The translations under genes and the position numbers were made by a program. DNA of 64,000 nt, taken from NCBI GenBank assembly GCA_963707655.1, contig OY970172.1, positions 768,001 to 832,000 of the forward strand, in the 5' to 3' direction. The notes below the pieces were generated by a model. The model ran no database searches. It was not told where the DNA came from and saw only the letters and a program-made list of their open reading frames with translations. This stretch comes from an uncultured bacterium. GTDB lineage: Bacteria > Babelota > Babeliae > Babelales > Vermiphilaceae. Below, in pieces: positions 60,357 to 64,000 of this stretch. Each line of letters begins with the position of its first letter. Within the stretch, counting starts at the first letter, position 1.

Positions 60357-61067
60357 TTACTGTTTTTTTCTATGCCAGCGGGCCACTGCCATAGGGACCA
60401 CGACATCAGCAAGTGTGCAGGGAATAACCACCGCAAACACTAAAAATAAAAAGACCGGACCTATCTGTTTATACCAGGTAAGGTAGCCGTGCGAAACCAA
60501 ATAAAAGCTCGACGCCAGTGCACTGATCAAAATATGGAAAAAGTGTGAAAACACCGAATAATAACCTTGTCGAGATATGTGGTGCCTACTCATTACAATA
60601 CCATTAAACACGCCGGCAATGAGAAAAGGAATAACATTAGGCAGTTCGGTTAAAAAGCATAGGTGAAAATGCATATCTACGCCAAGCATTCTGCCGCCGA
60701 TATAAGGCAAAATAGAATCGGAGAGAGTACAAAAAATTATGGGGGTAAAAATTCCAACAGCCAAACCGCGCCACCAATTTTGAGAAAATCTAAAATAAGT
60801 GATCAAGGTCCCTGTTGCCGCAAATACGATATGCATAAAGTGAAAGCTGTGAAAAAGCAGCTTGGTTTGCTTGCGCATTATTGACGCTTCTATGCCGCTC
60901 AGCGAGATCGCACCAAAGAAACTCAACAAAATAAGGCACAATGCCACAGAAAAAATCGCGTACGGAATATGGTGAATCAGTTCGTCCCACATGCCGTGAT
61001 TATGGTCGTGATGGTCCCCGTCATGATGATGGTGATCATGAGAAATATTGGAATGTTTGTCGTTCAT
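60357..61067 (-). CDS. His-rich multi-pass membrane protein, possible metal transporter
   Basis: N-terminal HDHHHHDGDHHDHNH, about 6 TMs with HxxH and CTLSD/CTLAD. Confidence 0.7.
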   Translation of the reverse strand: MNDKHSNISHDHHHHDGDHHDHNHGMWDELIHHIPYAIFSVALCLILLSFFGAISLSGIEASIMRKQTKLLFHSFHFMHIVFAATGTLITYFRFSQNWWRGLAVGIFTPIIFCTLSDSILPYIGGRMLGVDMHFHLCFLTELPNVIPFLIAGVFNGIVMSRHHISRQGYYSVFSHFFHILISALASSFYLVSHGYLTWYKQIGPVFLFLVFAVVIPCTLADVVVPMAVARWHRKKQ

Positions 61068-61211
61068 AAAAAGATACCCCTAAATTATATATTTTATTGT
61101 CTTAAAATTTGCCCCAAAAAAGCAATACATTGTGCAATGCATCTTATCGTTACAAGATAAGCTTTTTTGTGTAAAAATCAAACAATAATTTCGCCTCATT
61201 GTAGCGGTTTT

Positions 61212-63731
61212 TTAAAATGCTTGTCCAAGGGTCAAAAACCAGGCTAGCGGAGACACTTCCGGAGTAGGCCTGCTCCATTTGAAACCAATATCAAAACGTA
61301 TGGGTCCAATCGGGGTATTATAGCGCAACCCAAAACCGGTTCCCGCCAATAAGTCTTTCTTCACAAGATCGCGAAAATAGCCCCCGTCCAAAAAGCCAAA
61401 ATCTTGAAAAACTACCCCATTTAATTGCTTGTAAACAGGAAACCGTAGCTCAAAGTTCATATTAAGCATAGCCTTGCCCCCCTGCGGAACAAAATCAGGC
61501 TTGCTTGAGCCATTTTCTATCGCACCCAATGGGGGACACAAATCGTTTTGGTAGCTCCGCAAAGAAAATGCGCCGCCCAAATAAAAACGCTCGGATGGCA
61601 TGATATTGTTAAATTGCTGAAAAACAATATATCCCAATCGCAACCGCAGCGCCAAAACTACCGGTATGCGGGGTAATGGCACAAACAATGATTGCTCTGC
61701 CATGCATTTTACAAACAGAGTATCCTGTCCCTTTCTATCCAAAGGGATCATTCCCTTGATAGAAAGCACAGTCAAAAATCCTTGCGTCGGGTAGAGCTGA
61801 TCATCAAGGTAGTTGATAAACAATGTTGGCTCCATTAAAAAATAGGGAACCTTCACATCTAATAAATTTGGCTCAAAATTAATCGCGCGCGCCACTAACC
61901 GATTGAATTCCCCTTCTTGCGGAGCATTGTTACTAATTACTGTCTCCATCCATTCAAAGCCAAAGTTGCATCCTGCTTCAAAAACCGCCCACTTGCGACT
62001 GAGGCCGAGCAAAAACCCCTGATGGGTGACTTGATACAAATTGCGCTGTATACCGCGCAAGGAAGGATATTGAAAAGCATTGTTATAGAGCTGAAACAAG
62101 GTGCGTATTGGTTTATTCAAAAGCCACGGCCGCCAATATTGCAACTCCAAAATGCGGTAGGGGCGGGTAAAATCAGCATTGGCGATAAAATAATCTGCTT
62201 GGTTGAAAGGATTTTTAAATATAGCAGAGCCACCCAACTTATAGGTAAGGCCATTAAAATGTAAATCCCTGAGTGTCCCCTGAACCGCACAACCGCCACG
62301 AAAGCGCAATTCAAAAGGATCATCCATAAATGCCTTCAAAATAAGCGGGCGATTCCCCGTGATCACATCTCCCTGATAAGGATAAATGTGAAGGTTGTCA
62401 AAAAGCTCAAGATCTTTAAGAGCAACAAGCGATTGTTTGAGATCGCGAGGACTCCATGGTTCTCCCGGTCTATAAGTGAGTTCACGCATGAGATACTCAA
62501 AAGGAAAAGAGCTGCTTCCCATTACCACTGTTTTGCCAAAGGCATTATCAGGGGTGACCTTGTTCTGCATCCCAGGAAAAGTAACGGCAACTGGTTGAGC
62601 CGGCGCCCCGCAGTCATCTTCAATACCCTTAACAGCGCTCCCTTCCTCTATGATAAAAAAAAGACGATTATCCTCTTCTACAATTTCTGTCTTGACCTGC
62701 GGAAAACCGTTCTTGTGGTAGAGCGCAACTATCTCTTCTTGTAATAATGCGGTAGGCAAAATTAATGCAAAGCGGCCAAACAGGAGCAAATGATCAAGCA
62801 ATTGTCGTTTCGAAAAAAAGGTATTGCCTACAAAAACAAATTCTTTGCGCTGCTGCAAATCAATAAAAAAATTACAATCTACGCGACACTTTTTACTCTC
62901 CAGCCGCTCCTGCAGCTCGATAACAGATTGCCAATAGCCTTCTTCCAAGAGACACTGCTTAATTTCTGTCATTTTTTTATTAAGGTCTGTGCGATTATAT
63001 CGACTGCCTCTTAAAGTTTTTATCGCCAAAGCGATTTTTCTCTCAAGCGCATTATTCTCCGATCCATCCAGATGATTCAGGCATACGTCAACCGCGCCAA
63101 CACGAAACAATGGCCCTCGATCAAAGGTAAGATGTACGGTTATTTCTTTTACGCGCTCATCGTATACTAATCTTTCTTTAATCCGTGCGTTATAATATCC
63201 TTCCTGCTTAAACATTTCCTGAATTCGCTCAAGGGAGTGTTTGTGCTTTTGATGATCAAATCGATCACCTCTTTCCATCAAATACTGATATTGATAGCGA
63301 TCTTTTCCCAAAAGAAAACCATGCAGTTTTATTTTCCCCAACGTCCAGTAACTTTTCAGATTAAAATGAAGATTATAGCCAACAATTGCTGGCTCAAACA
63401 CAACGGTGATTGTCTGGAATTTGTTTTTTCTGAATAAGTAAAAAATGGCTCGTGCCACTTGCTCATGCGTAAGGATACTCTTTGCGGGGATATCAACTAA
63501 ATAGCTAAACTCGCTCTCGCTTAATACGACATCAGCCTCATAGCCGATGCTATCTACCGCAATATTCTCCGGCATGCCGGCAGCTACGAGCTCCGCAAGT
63601 TGAGATTCCCGATCAGCGCTGACGACAATGGTGTGATCAGGCGAGGCATAGAGATTGATAGAAGTAGCCACACACAGGATATTTATATAAAGAAGAGCAC
63701 CCAAGGCGCTCTTGTTAAAGACTCTCATCAT
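61212..63731 (-). CDS. BamA/TamA (Omp85) family outer-membrane protein
   Basis: POTRA-like repeats; ERFYLGG..SLRSY, ELRFP, G.GLRYNTPIGPIRFDIG, LGQAF terminus. Confidence 0.92.
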   Translation of the reverse strand: MMRVFNKSALGALLYINILCVATSINLYASPDHTIVVSADRESQLAELVAAGMPENIAVDSIGYEADVVLSESEFSYLVDIPAKSILTHEQVARAIFYLFRKNKFQTITVVFEPAIVGYNLHFNLKSYWTLGKIKLHGFLLGKDRYQYQYLMERGDRFDHQKHKHSLERIQEMFKQEGYYNARIKERLVYDERVKEITVHLTFDRGPLFRVGAVDVCLNHLDGSENNALERKIALAIKTLRGSRYNRTDLNKKMTEIKQCLLEEGYWQSVIELQERLESKKCRVDCNFFIDLQQRKEFVFVGNTFFSKRQLLDHLLLFGRFALILPTALLQEEIVALYHKNGFPQVKTEIVEEDNRLFFIIEEGSAVKGIEDDCGAPAQPVAVTFPGMQNKVTPDNAFGKTVVMGSSSFPFEYLMRELTYRPGEPWSPRDLKQSLVALKDLELFDNLHIYPYQGDVITGNRPLILKAFMDDPFELRFRGGCAVQGTLRDLHFNGLTYKLGGSAIFKNPFNQADYFIANADFTRPYRILELQYWRPWLLNKPIRTLFQLYNNAFQYPSLRGIQRNLYQVTHQGFLLGLSRKWAVFEAGCNFGFEWMETVISNNAPQEGEFNRLVARAINFEPNLLDVKVPYFLMEPTLFINYLDDQLYPTQGFLTVLSIKGMIPLDRKGQDTLFVKCMAEQSLFVPLPRIPVVLALRLRLGYIVFQQFNNIMPSERFYLGGAFSLRSYQNDLCPPLGAIENGSSKPDFVPQGGKAMLNMNFELRFPVYKQLNGVVFQDFGFLDGGYFRDLVKKDLLAGTGFGLRYNTPIGPIRFDIGFKWSRPTPEVSPLAWFLTLGQAF

Positions 63732-63925
63732 TAAGAAGCTGCAAATATCCAGTTTTATTTAATATACCTATTTTGTTTCACCGCAATTTAAATCTCTGCC
63801 TGAAGCAATATTCAGAGCAACTAGATTAAATCTTATTGAGCATGTCATTTTTTTGAGATACAAAAGAGAACCCCCGCGCCCTGGCAAGATTATATGCCAT
63901 CTTACCATATTTTCAGGTATATAAA

Positions 63926-63985
63926 ATAAAAAAATCCTGTCTTCACAGAGAGGCTTTGGCCTTGGCTCCACAAAAACAGGATTTT
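63926..63985 (-). terminator. hairpin terminator of an upstream element outside the window
   Basis: aaaatcctgt / acaggatttt stem with adjacent A-run. Confidence 0.5.
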
Positions 63986-64000
63986 CTAGGGAGGGTAATT

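Noticed and set aside
63768..63971. 67-aa ORF at the window end
   Set aside because: Overlaps a terminator-like hairpin and probable promoter region; no recognisable product.

Overview
A 64-kb, moderately AT-rich bacterial chromosome segment. Gene content and style suggest, by inference only, an intracellular protist parasite of Candidatus Dependentiae (TM6/Babelota). Housekeeping genes: cdsA, hisS, pgeF, glyA, glnA, uvrC-clpB, tpiA-secG, tyrS, alr, a TrmH/RlmB methyltransferase, ftsQ-like/ftsA/ftsZ, metG, potABCD with a duplicated potD, and a BamA/TamA-family gene. These are interleaved with many signal-peptide proteins. Most notable: (i) a tandem array of six diverged paralogues of an unrecognised secreted small beta-rich family (33.9-37.1 kb); (ii) a secreted Skp1/BTB-like + WD40 protein with a hydrophobic hairpin inserted between blades; (iii) a secreted Pro/Gln-repeat protein with a eukaryote-type PPP phosphatase domain; (iv) tandem WD40 paralogues with a conserved repeat frame and hypervariable positions; (v) signal peptides on enzymes needing cytosolic cofactors (GNATs, glutamine synthetase), plus a recurrent predicted mature N-terminus (M-D/E or A/G/S-E); (vi) an orphan promoter-hairpin-terminator unit after glnA that looks like a ~100-nt sRNA. 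I found no rRNA, tRNA, CRISPR array, transposase or integrase. All assignments are from motif recognition by eye, with no database searches.
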